From: Bugula neritina | Taxonomy: Eukaryota; Animalia; Bryozoa | DNA length: 64,000 nt | Assembly (NCBI GenBank): GCA_964035545.1 | Contig: OZ037767.1 | Coordinates: 8,752,581 to 8,816,580 of the forward strand | Direction: 5' to 3' | Part shown: piece after piece, positions 13,650 to 26,509 of the stretch | Position numbering within the stretch: the first letter of the stretch is position 1 | Layout: every line of letters starts with the position of its first letter | Translations under genes and position numbers: made by a program | Notes under the pieces: model-generated | What the model was told of the DNA's origin: nothing | The model's database searches: none | What the model saw: the letters and a program-made list of their open reading frames with translations, nothing else

Positions 13650-14836
13650 CTCTCTCTCTTGCAGTCAGTCGATACGACTATGACTGTTTTATGGATTCGG
13701 CTTAAATTTAGTTGCAGCTCTCCACGCAACTCTGTTGTCAGCTGTCTGCTGCCAAGAACTCAAGTTTATTGCTCTCCATTTCATATTCCTCTTACTCTTA
13801 GCAATATCTTTAAGTCTGAGTCTAGGTCGCCCTGTATTTCGTTTACCCTCTTTCAGCTGAGAGAAGAGCAATTGTCTTGGTAGCCGGCTATGTTCCATCC
13901 TGTGCACATGGCCTAGCCATCTCAGGTTCTTTTCTATAAGGACTTCGGCCATGCTTGGCAAATTGGCACGTCTTAATATTTCTTCATTCGTAATTTTGTC
14001 ATACCATTTTACAGCCATTTTGTCTCTCAGTTGCCTCATACAGCAGGCTTGAGAGCACTACCGCTCTGTAGACTTTACACTTTACTCTGATGGATACATG
14101 TCTGTTGTTCCAGAGTCTCTGCTGCAGTTTTCCGTAAGCCGCACTTGCTTTGCCTAGTCTGCTCCGTAACTCTTTATCTATTTTTGCCGTACAGGAAACA
14201 GTGCTTCCTTGATAAGTAAAGTCTGAAGCAAGTACAACTGGTTCTTGATCTAACATGACAACTTCAGGTTCAGGTGGGGCGTGGATGAGTTTGATTGGTT
14301 GGTACATGCATTCTGTCTTTTTAATGTTGATTTTTAAGCTAAACTGAGCCGCTGCTTTTGCAAAGTTGTTCACTAGCACTTGCATATCTGCAGCGCAATG
14401 TGCTACCAAAGCACTGTCATCAGCAAACAACATCTCTCTGACTAGGTGTTTGGTAGTACGGGTCTTAGACTTGAACTGAGCCACATCAAAGAGATCAGCC
14501 CCATGTCGAGTTTGAATATAAATCCCTTCATTTACATTTTTAAATGCCACTTCAAGCATAGCAGCCAAGTATAATGAGAATAGTGTGGGCGCAAGAACAC
14601 ACCCCTGCTTGACACCATTGGTTACTGCAAACTCATTTGAATCATCTCTACCTTGGCTTGCATTCCTGCATGAAGAGCTTTTATCAGGTTGGTGACCTTC
14701 TCAGTTAAACCAAACTTCTTCAGTACCCTCCAGAGGCCATTTCTTGATACTGTATCAAAGGCTTTTGTAAAGTCTATGAATACAGCATACAGCTCCATGT
14801 TCTGTTCAGCACATTTTTCTTAAATTTGGCGAATGC
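13650..14836 (-). mobile_element. 5'-truncated RTE-clade LINE, frameshifted RT C-terminal part
   Basis: RT motifs GVKQGCVLAPTLF, LFADD, LRWLGHVHRM..RLP, GRPRLR; (GA)n 3' tail; 14-bp TSD taaataactaaatt (13636-13649 and 14837-14850). Confidence 0.9.
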
Positions 14837-16089
14837 TAAATAACTAAATTATTATTACAATTATTATTATAAATTATGTGTAGGTAGTACTACTACTAGT
14901 AGTACGTACATCAACTTACATCAATGGTGACATCGCGCTAGACTGCCTAGTGGCATAAGGGGCGCGCCTCAGTTTTTGGTTATGATTAGGTAGTAGAGTA
15001 TTATTTTTTAACAGCGTATCAAATCCCATAGGTAGGGCATATTGCTTCAAAGAGGGTGTATCAACCCATTCAGTTATTTGTCATAAGCTTTTCTTTGTTT
15101 TTATGCATTATTTCTTAAGATCCCGAATCGTGCGTGGGACAAAACTGTTGTAGAAGAAGTTACCAGTTGTGGAGATGGATCTAGGTCCGTTTCTAGACTG
15201 TGATCTGGTATGAATTGCTCCTTCAGTTTGTTTTATAACTTCGTCATAGGCAGTGAAGAGTACGGGATGGGCATCTACCTTCGCTATAATATTCAGCAGT
15301 AGTTTAATTCTGCATTTTCGGCGTTTTCTTTGTTGGAGGCAATTATTAGCAATAAACCAGAATATTTATACTTGATACCTTTTATTTCTGCTTCAAATTA
15401 CATTAAAATAAAAACAGAGTTTGAGGGGATAGCTCCGTACATTAAGAGGAAAACTATCTACGAATATTATTCTAGGTATAAAAGTATATCTGTATAACTA
15501 TGTATATAAGTGTCCTTGGTCCGTAGCTTTTTGGTGTGTCTCATCTGCCATCCAATCGAAGGTTTGCAGCATGATCATGGCAACAAACAGACTGTTCTAC
15601 GGTAGGCTGATCTTGGCAGCGGTGGCAAGTGCACCACTCCGTGGTTGGCCTTATATTTTTCTACAAAACAAACAAGCTTTTTAAAAAAAACCTCATTACC
15701 AGTATTATCCACATTAAGTCCATTAATTATTGTGTCTAAATTTGTTTCCTGTATTTTCTTTGTGTTGAAAATTGAGTCTAATGAGGCTGAAATTTGAAAA
15801 TATTTCAAAATTATGGATTTCAAAATAATCCAAGTTTGCATTACTATTCAAACTATTATTATATTTATAGTTAATAATTAATTAGATTTTTTATATTGAA
15901 ATAAACTCATAATTTTTGCTATAAAATAAACCAATTTGCAAAAATTTTAAAATATTTTGTTAGTACCATATGTTATACTATAAAAGCAAAAATTCAGAAA
16001 AATGGGGGAGGGCTTACAAATAATAGAATACTAAATGCAATCATCGTAAATACAAGTTTGACATGATTATATAAGTGATTAACTTATTT

Positions 16090-19000
16090 TGTTGAGGATC
16101 GGTATAGCCACAATTACAATAAAAATGAATAGCCTAGAGGGTCATAGACTGAAGCCACTTTAGAGAGAATTTGATGTAAAGTAATGTTGCATGTAGATAT
16201 AATTGTATTGGCAGAAAACTTTAATGTGTCAGTTTTGGTGCACCATTTTACTTCCAAGGCTCGTTTAACAGGGAGGATATTATCAGTGTTAGATAAATCA
16301 AGATCTTTCAGGGTATCAGACCTTTCACTATTAGGAATGGCGGCCAATATCTCTTTTTTTGCAAATCTCAATGGCTTGGTTTATGTTGTTTACCATTGTG
16401 GTGTTACAATTGCCAGATAATAGGCCATCATCCATGCACAGATTTCCTTGTAAAAGTCTTTTAGCTAAAACACTATTGGGGTCTTCAGAATCGCGCTGTT
16501 CAGAGACTGAATAATTTAGTCTGAAATTAGCATAACCTGAAATTGATTTTGCTCCAAACAAATGAACTGTCAATCGGTACTCAGCTATTTGATCAAATTT
16601 GTCATTGGTAAACCACAGATAATCTCTATCGTTTTCATTAACTTTGAATCTATAAAACATGCGTTGTATGTCGCACATGACAGCATGCTGAGCTAACCTA
16701 AATTTGTGCGAAACGCCCACGAACCTGTTCATAAGGTCTGGGCGTTGAAGCAGAAAGTCATTCAAACATACACTCTAAAACCTTGCAGAAAGGTTAAACT
16801 CTACCCTCAATGACAGTTTCTGCTTGTGGTAAACACCAAAGTGAGGTATACCAAAATTTATACCTCACTTGGTCAAATCCTATACCAAGATGCATACCTC
16901 ACCAATATCAAATCTTCAACAGAGAGAAGATGATCCCTTAGCCCGCCATCAGCCACTTCTACTACAATTCTGTCACATACCAAATTGTCTCTCATGCCAC
17001 CGTACTCTCATTCGTCTGCTTGGACCATGATTTCCGTAATAAAAGCATGCAATGGCTGACCTACAGCTTGAGACATCTTGTTGAATCTTAGTCTCTCAAA
17101 AAATACACTCTTAGCAGGCTTACAATATACATCAAACATTTTCTGTACATTGGCATATGTCTTGTTAGTTTCATTATCAAAAACAAATCTCTCATAGATG
17201 GGTAATACATCAGATACCGTCAACAACAACATATTTGCTATTTCTTCCTCCTCTGACTTCTTTCTCAGGTCCTTGACCAAATGATACTTAACTCTCAAAA
17301 TGTTAAATTTAAAATTGATACATGGGCTGAATACTCCAGCCAGTTGAGTATTCAGTCCCAGGAACTAATTCACGATCACCACTGCTGATTAACTTATTCA
17401 TAAAATCCAAATACTCAGAATTCTGCATGGAATTTTTCGCTAATTTAATCTTCAGGGCTCGAAGCCTTCTTATAGCCAGGGATTTATTGTATGGTAACTT
17501 AGGTTTTGACCGAAAGGGTAAGAACATTTTGTAAAGCTATCTCTAGTTTGAGAGATGCCAATTTCTAGTATGGATAAAAATTGCTTATCATCTTGGGAAA
17601 GAGCAAGCTGAGTTCCGATAGTCTGGTTTTTTCTAAAATCTTGTAATATGCCCAGAACGCTGGTAGGTTTTAGAGAGTTGAAAAAGCATGCAAATGTGAC
17701 TGCATTTATATCTGCTGAAGTTTGGAGGGAGTTTGAGAGCCCAACAATTTAATGTTTCATATAGGGATTAGTAGCACCTACTACACTCCATCCTAATGGA
17801 GTTTGACCGCATATGGGTCTAGCATTTGGCCCGGCTACTGACTTTAAAGGAATGAGGGCATGAGAGTTGTCATACCCTATGAGCATGCCAATTGGGCAGT
17901 TTTGCAGTTCTCGAATTTCATGAGCTATGTGTTGTAAATGATCTTTAGTTGGAATGTGAGATCTATTTAAAGGGTATAAAGTAAACATTTACCAAAGAAA
18001 TATGTTGATCAGCGTAGAAGCCCTTTATAGTCAACTCTTTGAACAATCTGATTTGTGTGCTTGCGCTATGATTGGTTGGATTTACTGTGTTGATTTAGAG
18101 ATTTGCTAGAGACTGATGAGGTATATCTAGAATGTCTGCTACAGTGTCACTAATGAATGTGGTATCACTCATATTATCAAGACGAGCATACACAAGGTGT
18201 TCCTTATTTGAATTGGGTGAGGTGGAAAGCCAAACTAAAATGATGTTTGATTTCTTTGTTTCTAGTTAAAGTTTGTGTTAGCTGTTTGAGTTGAGGAAGC
18301 ATGTAATACTTGAAAGACACCTATTGTGCTATTGGTGATAGTGTGATCTGCAGAAGTTTGTTAATGAGTTGGTGAGGCTGGTTGAATGTGATTGAGTGCA
18401 GGTGTATTGGGCTGGCTATGGCTAGAGTTGCTATGCATAGTGACTTGGTCAGATGATGAAGTTCTAACTACTTGATAATGTCTAAAAGTAGGGATGCTGC
18501 TTGCCACAGCCCTTTACTTGGCATTTTCATGTAGTGGTACATTTTTTAGACTTATGATCAGGCTTAAGGCACTTACATCATAAATTATTGCTTCTGATAA
18601 ACTTTTCTTGACCACAATCACTTAATTTTGCAAATTTCAAATTACACCCACTGAGGGTATGTCCTAGTACATCACAATATGAACAGTAATAAGTGCTAGC
18701 TCTAGATGTGAAAAAATTATTTCTATTGTGACTAATGTCAACTGGCTTGGTTATTCTAGGATGTGAATTACTCGAACTACAAGGTCGTTTTGGATGTCAG
18801 AATTTTGTTGGGTAGAAAATCAGGTAATTTCCGACAGGCTGTGAGGGTCATTGTGCCCTGCTAGTTCATGAACTGAGCCCATGGCTGACAGACATTGAAA
18901 TAAAAATTTTCTCAAAGCAGCTTCATCATTACCTTTAAAACGCTGAAAGCTTTCTAATTTATTTCTCAATGCTTCAGCAATAGTATAACTAGACCCAAAA

Positions 19001-19620
19001 CGCTCATAAAGTGTGTTGATTGCTGCATTGTATGCTTCTGGATCATGTACAAGTGTATAGCTTGTAATTGCGTCAGCAGCTAGATTGCCTGTATATTTGA
19101 AAATATAGTACAGCTTGCTTTTGTTAGAGACATTAATGTGTGCCATATAGCAAGTAAATGCTGCTTTCCAAGCAGGGTATTCTAATGGATTTCCCCTAAA
19201 AACAGGTGGCTCAGGTATGGGTGCACTTTCAGTGTTCAAGGCTTTAGTAAGACACACTCTGAGTTTGAGTGTGGTGGCGCTGAAACCCGACATTTGAGCA
19301 TACTCCCAACTTATTTCTGCGCTATCTACTATTCAAAACTTAGTCTTTTTGCTTTTGGCATGGGAGAGTAAAAGTAGAATGCCTTGTGCAAATGTTTTCT
19401 ATTTTTTTCCATGCTTCAATACCGAGTACAGTGCTGCTGGCCCGCTGCATGCTGTCTTCATACCTATCTTCTCCTTTTTAAGCTTGATCATTGACATCGC
19501 TTATCCGAAGTGATTTTGCAGCTTTAGAGATTTATGACTTCCCTCTTCATGTCTTGAGCTAACCAGTCTTTTTTGTACTGCCATAGCTTGTCCATGCTTT
19601 ATTGTGCTGTTATATTCTGA
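16090..19620 (-). mobile_element. Decayed BEL/Pao LTR retrotransposon (gag DUF1759-like, protease region and RT fragments)
   Basis: PPVFRGNPLEYPAWK..F..L.ERFG (gag), IGMLIGYD..TPLGW, LPFR..LPYN..LA.RRL, CDIQRMF..HLFGA..MDD (RT), ILSKVASVYDPLG; many stops and frameshifts; LTRs not located, so boundaries are approximate. Confidence 0.85.
16905..17300 (-). mobile_element. Gypsy-type gag fragment nested in the BEL element
   Basis: F..YCKPAKSVFFERLRFNKMSQAVGQPLHAFIT...ADE*EYGGMRDNLVCDRIVV..D..LRDHLL, a Gypsy gag pattern interrupting the BEL pol region. Confidence 0.65.
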
Positions 19621-21693
19621 TATCATGATAATTTATCTATCCTTCCTGATGTCCTGCTCGAGGGGACTAAAAACACAATTAGCTGAAAGGCAGTCATTGG
19701 GAAATTATAAACTATCTTTATATTTCTGGTCACCCAAGCCTTCAATAGAAATTCACTTGATATATTATATATTTTTGGCAGTACAATGAATATTTAGCTG
19801 TTTTGAAAAGCACTTGAATGATAGGACTAGACCATCAGGTGGTGATGCTAAAGCGCCAACACTGGGCAGTAAGGTAGGAGTCAGTAAAAGTAAATTGATT
19901 GCTGAAAACCAAACCTATCTGTAGTTTGAAATACCATGAATACTAATTTATAATATATTTTCTGCTTACTTCAAAACCTAATATTTAAATCCATGAATAC
20001 TAATAATCTGGTTTGAATCAGTTGAAATCTTCATTTTAAACAAATTTGCTGAGCATCCAATCTTTGAATTTCTCATTATTATCTGCTGGAGGGAATGTAG
20101 CTTGCACTCAATCGTACAAGCATGCTGGTTGAAGGCGTCTTTCACCTTTTTTAATGTCAAGAAACAGCCAGAACACCAAAAATAGATAGCTGCAGAACTT
20201 TTGTTTAATTTTTTTTAGATTTTCAGTTTTTTTAAACCCAACGTTATGCCATTTCCCACCATTCCATAAAGCAGACACTCACTATTTTTAAAGTCGATCG
20301 AGAGTCTTACTATAAACACTAAATAAAAACCAAGGAGAATACCAGAAAAAAAGATGAAACAAACTTTCGGCACATCAGGCTACCCGCTGATGATAATAAA
20401 AAAAAGCAGTACACACAAAATATACTTTGTCTGAAATTGCCACCATAAAAAACCTTGCAATGGACATGATGGAATGGGTTAAAGTGATTTATGCAGCCAG
20501 CATAAAAGTATTGGTCCGTTTAACAGAGAATTCGAGTGTGAAAAGAGATCATCAGAGTAATTAATGTAAAATTACCAAAAAATGTAGAATGATGAAAAAT
20601 AAAAGGACATGCTACTATATCTATTACCAGGATAATAAAAAGGAGTACCATCCCAATGTACGAATAATTTTTTTTCTTTCATTTTCCTCTTCTGCCTAGT
20701 GACCTCACTCGAGGCCGCCAGCAGTTGGGCGAACTGACTTTTTTCTTCTTCCCTGCCTCTTTGAGATTCGGTTCTTATAGGTTTTTTGTTTCCACTAGCC
20801 GTTTTAGAAATTAAGGTTTTACAAATAACTTTCTTAAATGCTTGAAACCGTAGAGAGCATGTCTTTCACTGGTTTTGACAATATTCATTGATTGAAACTT
20901 AGCGGTGGTTTTGGAGAGGCGGGTAGCAGTCTCAATAAGATCACAAATTAACTTGCTTTCGCTGTTGGATGTTGTTGAAAGCGTTGCTAAGTTTTCAGAT
21001 TCAGCAGCTTTTACACGTTCTCTAAAGTCTAAACCTAGGTTCTCCATTTTTACCTAACACTTGTTTTTTCTGCTATAACAAAGTCTAGCTCTCTTTTTTC
21101 AGCTATTTTAGCTTCTCTTTTTTGTTGAAAAATATTTTCTATTTAAACTCGCAGCACTTCAGTTTTTTTGCTCTTCTGGTATTGCTTGCCTTCATTGGCT
21201 ATGGTATTCCTTCAGTGAAACTGTTTCAATACGTGCCACTCTTTGGTTAGGTATTTTGGTCTAGAGTAGCTTGAAACATGGAGTGAGTATCGATGCTGGC
21301 GGGAGAAAAGCTACCAAAGCAAACAAAAGTGATAAATTTTATTAGAATAATTTTCACTAAGATTACCTTATCCATTTCTCAAATAAATCTCAGCTTCTAA
21401 CAATTTAAAGCCCATTAAATTTGAAATCCTTGTTACTGTAACTGTGTTGATATAACAATTGCAATACTATTGAAATTGTGAAATAATTTGTTTACAGCAC
21501 AATTATCATAATAACTCTCAACGTCACCTTTATTCTTTTGTATACTTTGCAAGGAAACTGATAATAAGGATTCTTATTACAATCATCCTGATTTTATTAA
21601 ATATTTATTATATTGAGCTACAATTACTACTAGCTTTACTACTTGAAGTCTTATACTAATGATTATATTAATAGAAATACCGGATACTCTACT

Positions 21694-21963
21694 GGCAATG
21701 CTGCTACTGGAAGTCCAAAGCTAGTTTTCTGTCATCGTTTGGGTTGCTGATAAAGTTATATGTTTCCTTGAATAGCTGCTTAAGATATTCTTGGTCTTGT
21801 AGTTGTGGCTATAAGTGAGAAGCTTGGGGCAATGCTGCTACTGGGAGTCCAGAGCTAGTTTTCTGTCATTGTTTGGGTTGCTTATAAAGTCATATGTTTC
21901 CTTGAATAGCTGCTCAAGATATTCCTGGTCTTGTAGTTGTGGCTATAAGTGAGAAGCTTGGGG
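21694..21963. repeat. Tandem duplication, two copies of about 133 bp
   Basis: ggcaatgctgctactgg...gagaagcttgggg occurs twice with a few substitutions. Confidence 0.9.
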
Positions 21964-22989
21964 TGTAGAGTTGCATACACCTACTGTATTTCAAGAAAGT
22001 GTATTACCTAATACAACAGCTCAGAAATCTAAATACTTTCAATTAGACGACAAATTAGTGCCAATTAGTTTTGCATTGCAATGAAAGTTTCAAGCCACTA
22101 GTTTTTACTTAGATGCTTACTATAAGGAAATAAAACTGCAAAACTTGCATTTCAGGGTCAAAAAGCATATACAATGCATAAGAAAGTAAATGGAAGTACA
22201 CCAAGAAAAACAAAAAGAAATGAACACGGGTAAACCCCGTACATGTGAAAGTAGTTTCCTACCACTACATTTTCAACATTACATATTACATTTCTAACAT
22301 TATTTTTCATGACACTCTTACAAAATATTTCTTCAAAAATGTTGCTCTTTTTAGTATTGAATTCAGCCAACACGAAAACACCAACATAGATATTTTAACT
22401 TTCCATCTCTAGGTTTGCAACTAAAAGACAGAATTTTTAGTCTCTCCTAAGCTATTATATATTTTACTCATTTTTGAGTGTCAAATTTTTAGCATACTTT
22501 CACCTTCTAAACCTATGACCTGTTTACACTATTGTTCAAAATGAACTATCATTGAGTTTTCAAGGCTGTGAGTACTGAGTGGGGTTACGGCGGCTGTCGA
22601 CTTTTTCTGTTCCATGACATTTGATCTTTTCTTAGCTGCATAGAGGGAACTGTTTTGAGTGCATGTCTCCAAAGTCTACCTCTTCTTATTGCAGAAACAG
22701 TAAAAATTTGTAGTGAGGTTTTCAACAAAGCGGCCTTTTTGAACACAGTTGTGGCATCTATTCTTCTCACACACTGCTGCTAAATGGTCAACTTTAATAA
22801 ATTTGAATTGTCGAGATCCCTTTCGGTTGTTTTCTATCCATCAACTGTATATCCTAGAAAGTCAGCATTGTCTTTTACGGTTCGCATGAATCTGTGTAAT
22901 ACTTGGCAAATATTTGTTAGAGTAATAGCTTCGAAATCAATTGCTAAACTTAGCTCAATAATAGCTGCCGCACTTAGTAGTTCCAAATA

Positions 22990-24384
22990 TGAACTACTTC
23001 AAGCAGTCCAAGTGCACATCAATTGTGCCTTTACCCTCTATATAACAAGTCACAAACCTACACCATGCTTCCTGGCTAGGCATGGCGTACTCAGCCACCA
23101 AGGTTGCTTTCATCACATGCCACTGGGATTCCTCATTTTCAGCCCAGTTAGCATCTGCGTATCCATCTAGCTGCTCACCATATTTACAGAAGATCAACCC
23201 ATAATCCAAGGTACCTTTAAGATACCGAAGTACACGCTTTGCAGCTATCAGGTGAGTTTCAGCAGGAGTTGCATTGAACTTCGATAGTACTCCCATAGAG
23301 AAGGAAATATTTGGACAAGTGGCAATAGATACATACAGAAGGCTACCCATTATAGATTTTTTATAGATTTGGATCTACTGGTTTACTACCATCATCCTTC
23401 ACCAGCTGTACATCACTTGCAAATGGAGTAGCTGTAATGTTGCATCAAATTTACCTTTAAATCCTCTTGGGCAATATCTAGCGAGATGCTGTGGTGAATC
23501 ACGGTTATAACATTTACTTTTCAAGTGTTGCGAACATTTCTATTTGGCCTATGCATGCAGTGCAGTATCAGTGTTTTCCAATGCTCTCCCGCTGCAGTCT
23601 ATAATTGCATTACTCAGAGCTTATTGCACCTTCTTTTTTGCTGTTCATTGAGCAATGTATTCTGAAAAAATTCTAATGTTAGTGTTTCTGGCTTCTGAGC
23701 TTCTAGTGCAGTAACCAGGGTTGCATTTTCACTTGGCATACTGCCTAGAAGAGTAACTACTTGATCGTCTTTGCTTACTGGAGCTTTGCTAGCTGTTTGT
23801 TGACAATGTCTTTCATAAATTTTAGATGGTCTTCAACAGAGTCACTATTCTTCATAACAGCCCTGAAATATTTTTATTTTAAATACATTTCATCAGCCAA
23901 AGTGTCCCGTTCAAAATGTGATTGCAGTTTCTCCCATGCTTGTTGAGCAGTCTCGCATTCTGTTAGTAGATAAATGAATTCATCACTTACGCTAAGGACA
24001 ACTTGGCTAACAGCCTTTTGAGCATTCAGTTTAAATGCTTTCTTAGCTGCTTCACCTGTAGTAGGCTCCTCCATACTGCCATCACAATATCCAAACAGCT
24101 CCTTAGCTATCAGCAAGTTTTCAGTTTAAATTTCCAGGTAGCATAGTTATTTGCTTTAAGTTTATCGACAACTAGTTCATCTTCCATTTTGATCTTCTCA
24201 ATGTTATACATGAACTGGGCCCATAACCTGTTGATGTACTTAGATGTAAATAGATTATTCAGTTTAGCAATATAGTTCAGCAATTTATTTTAATGGAGAC
24301 ACAGGAACAAAAGAGAAGGATTATGGGTGAAAAAAACAGGTTACAAAACGATGTAATATGGAATCTATAAGTATGTAGATAACA
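22990..24384 (-). mobile_element. Internally deleted Ty1/Copia LTR retrotransposon: putative 5' LTR (24229-24384), PBS, gag and RT/RNase H junction fragments
   Basis: PBS GGTTATGGGCCCAG (24228-24215) directly after an LTR ending ..CAACA; gag NYATWKFK..LIAKELFG..AWEKLQSHFE; RT end GSLLY..T.P.I..AKRVLRYLKGT..GYADANWA. Confidence 0.85.
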
Positions 24385-26509
24385 TAGCTCCAAAGTTGTA
24401 ATAAAGTGACTGCTTTTTACTACATTCAATATTCTTGTCACGCCGTAGGCGATCCTGAGCGTTGCGGGCAGTCATCCTAAAACGGGTCCTGAATACCTTA
24501 AAAATATGGCCCACATCGGGTTCGAGGGCACAACTCTTGGCCCGGCGCGTCAGGCAGGTCTGGAGTTGGAAAAGGCACACCTAGGCCGGCCATTCGGTGA
24601 CGGTAGCTACCTCCTCGAACTTTCTGATAAGGGTCATTTCACTTAATTTGTACACACTGAGAATCTCCAGTTTTTCACAATAAACATAGGTTTTTGCCCA
24701 AAACTATGAAAATATCAATATCAAATAATCAAGGTACTTTTTAATTTCGCTTGATTTCTCGTGTTTTTCCTGTTTATTCAGCTAATTTGGATTGCGCACC
24801 GTTATGAAAAAACAGTAACGCTCTTCAATCTAGCATTGAACACCTCATATTTTGGTCAGATGGATGTGCAGCCCCGCATAAAAGTGAAGTGCTTTCTCTA
24901 ATATTGTAGTAGCTTTGTGGGTTATAGAATGAATTCAGGCAGAGAACATAACTCCTTGCTATAGAAGAGACAAGAGAGAGGTGACTTCGTGTGTGTATAG
25001 TGATCTTTATTGTAACAAAGATGTATACAGCTCGGACTCCAGTCTTGAAGTGCTGAGCTGGGGAAAAACGCGTGCTTTTATACTGACAAAAGACAGGAAT
25101 TTGGGCCTTCCAGAACATTCCACCTACAGCGGAGCCGATGTTCGGCAGGGGCGCCGACATTTGTCATGTCGGTAACCGACACTGGACTTGTCGGTAACCG
25201 ACATTCGGTCTGCTTGCACCCAACTGCCGACATCGGCACATCTGTCGGTTTACAAGTATAAAGAAATGAATCAACCAAGGGTATTGTAATAAGTTATTGT
25301 TCGTAAAATAAAGGAAAAGGCAAAACCAACAAGTGTGTTATAATAACTGAGACTGTGACTGTAATACTAGTTACGGGAACGGGGAGGGGGGGGCAAGGGG
25401 GATAACGTGATATCTAGATATTTACTACAATATCAATATTCTCAAAGAATCACGTGGAGTTTTTTATGGAACTAGGCATGGTAAAACTGTGTCTGATGGA
25501 AAATCAGCTGTAGTACAAACTTTCCTAAATAAGTCTTCCGAGTCTAGACAACTGACCATTAACACTGCCCAAGAAGTTTTTTAGCTGATAGGTAAATGTA
25601 AAAAGCATATTGTTGACTCTGCTAATCGTAGGCATTTTTATAGATTTGTTCAATATTGCATTTGACATCAATCTACCGAGCAGCTGCTGTTCGAAGTTCT
25701 CTCGTATATTCTCTATCATCATGTTATTGCCTTACTGAGAGTTACTGGCACACTGCTGAAATGCAAACAGTCAAGTTAAGTTAACCTAAATCAATGCTTT
25801 GGTGTTGAGATAAAAATATTCTTCTTTTGTTTATTTTCGTTGCCTGCCAACTTTAGAAGGGTCAGAGATCAATTTGAAGCACTCTAAAAGAATTGTCATT
25901 TTTGAATTCAGCATGTGTACACAGCTGGTTGCTTTCCAAACCACCTATGTTGTAAGAAAGTGGCTCGTTACCTTTTTGTATTTCCGAATTCAGCACCTAA
26001 AATTTACCCTTATGACAAATTTTGAGCTTTCTATTCCAAGTTTTATTTTTTGATGATTTTTTTTCTGTGTGTATTTATTAAAATGAGATGACCCATTTGC
26101 AACTGTTCCATGTAAATGCATTAGAAAAGTAAGTCTTCACCACATTTTTTTTACGTATAGTGAGGCTCTATAGAATTGTGATGCCAATTTGTTGCTGTTG
26201 GTAGTTATTAATACTGTTATTCCTTTAAAAACCTGATATAAGAGGATTGATAAAAGTTCGTTGAACCAACTGAAAAATGCTGTATAAATCATTTAGCATC
26301 AGCGTGGTTGGTCAATAATTTATTTTCATCAGCTAAAATAATCAATGGGGGTAGAATGTAGTAGCAGCTCTTCTGAATTTTGATAAGTCAAATTGTTTAT
26401 CTTGTTGCTGTGTGAAATATGAGCTATACTGTTTTGATTGCATAACATACCATTGTTGACAGTAGCATTAATAAGTAGTAGATTGATAATACAGCTGGTA
26501 TCAGTGAAC

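Noticed and set aside
14930-15841. GC-richer patches and ORF 15575-15841, possible DNA-transposon remnant
   Set aside because: No TIR, TSD or recognisable domain could be established by eye.
24400-25280. GC-richer region with repeated ccgac motifs and overlapping short ORFs
   Set aside because: Probably a repeat fragment, but boundaries and family could not be supported.
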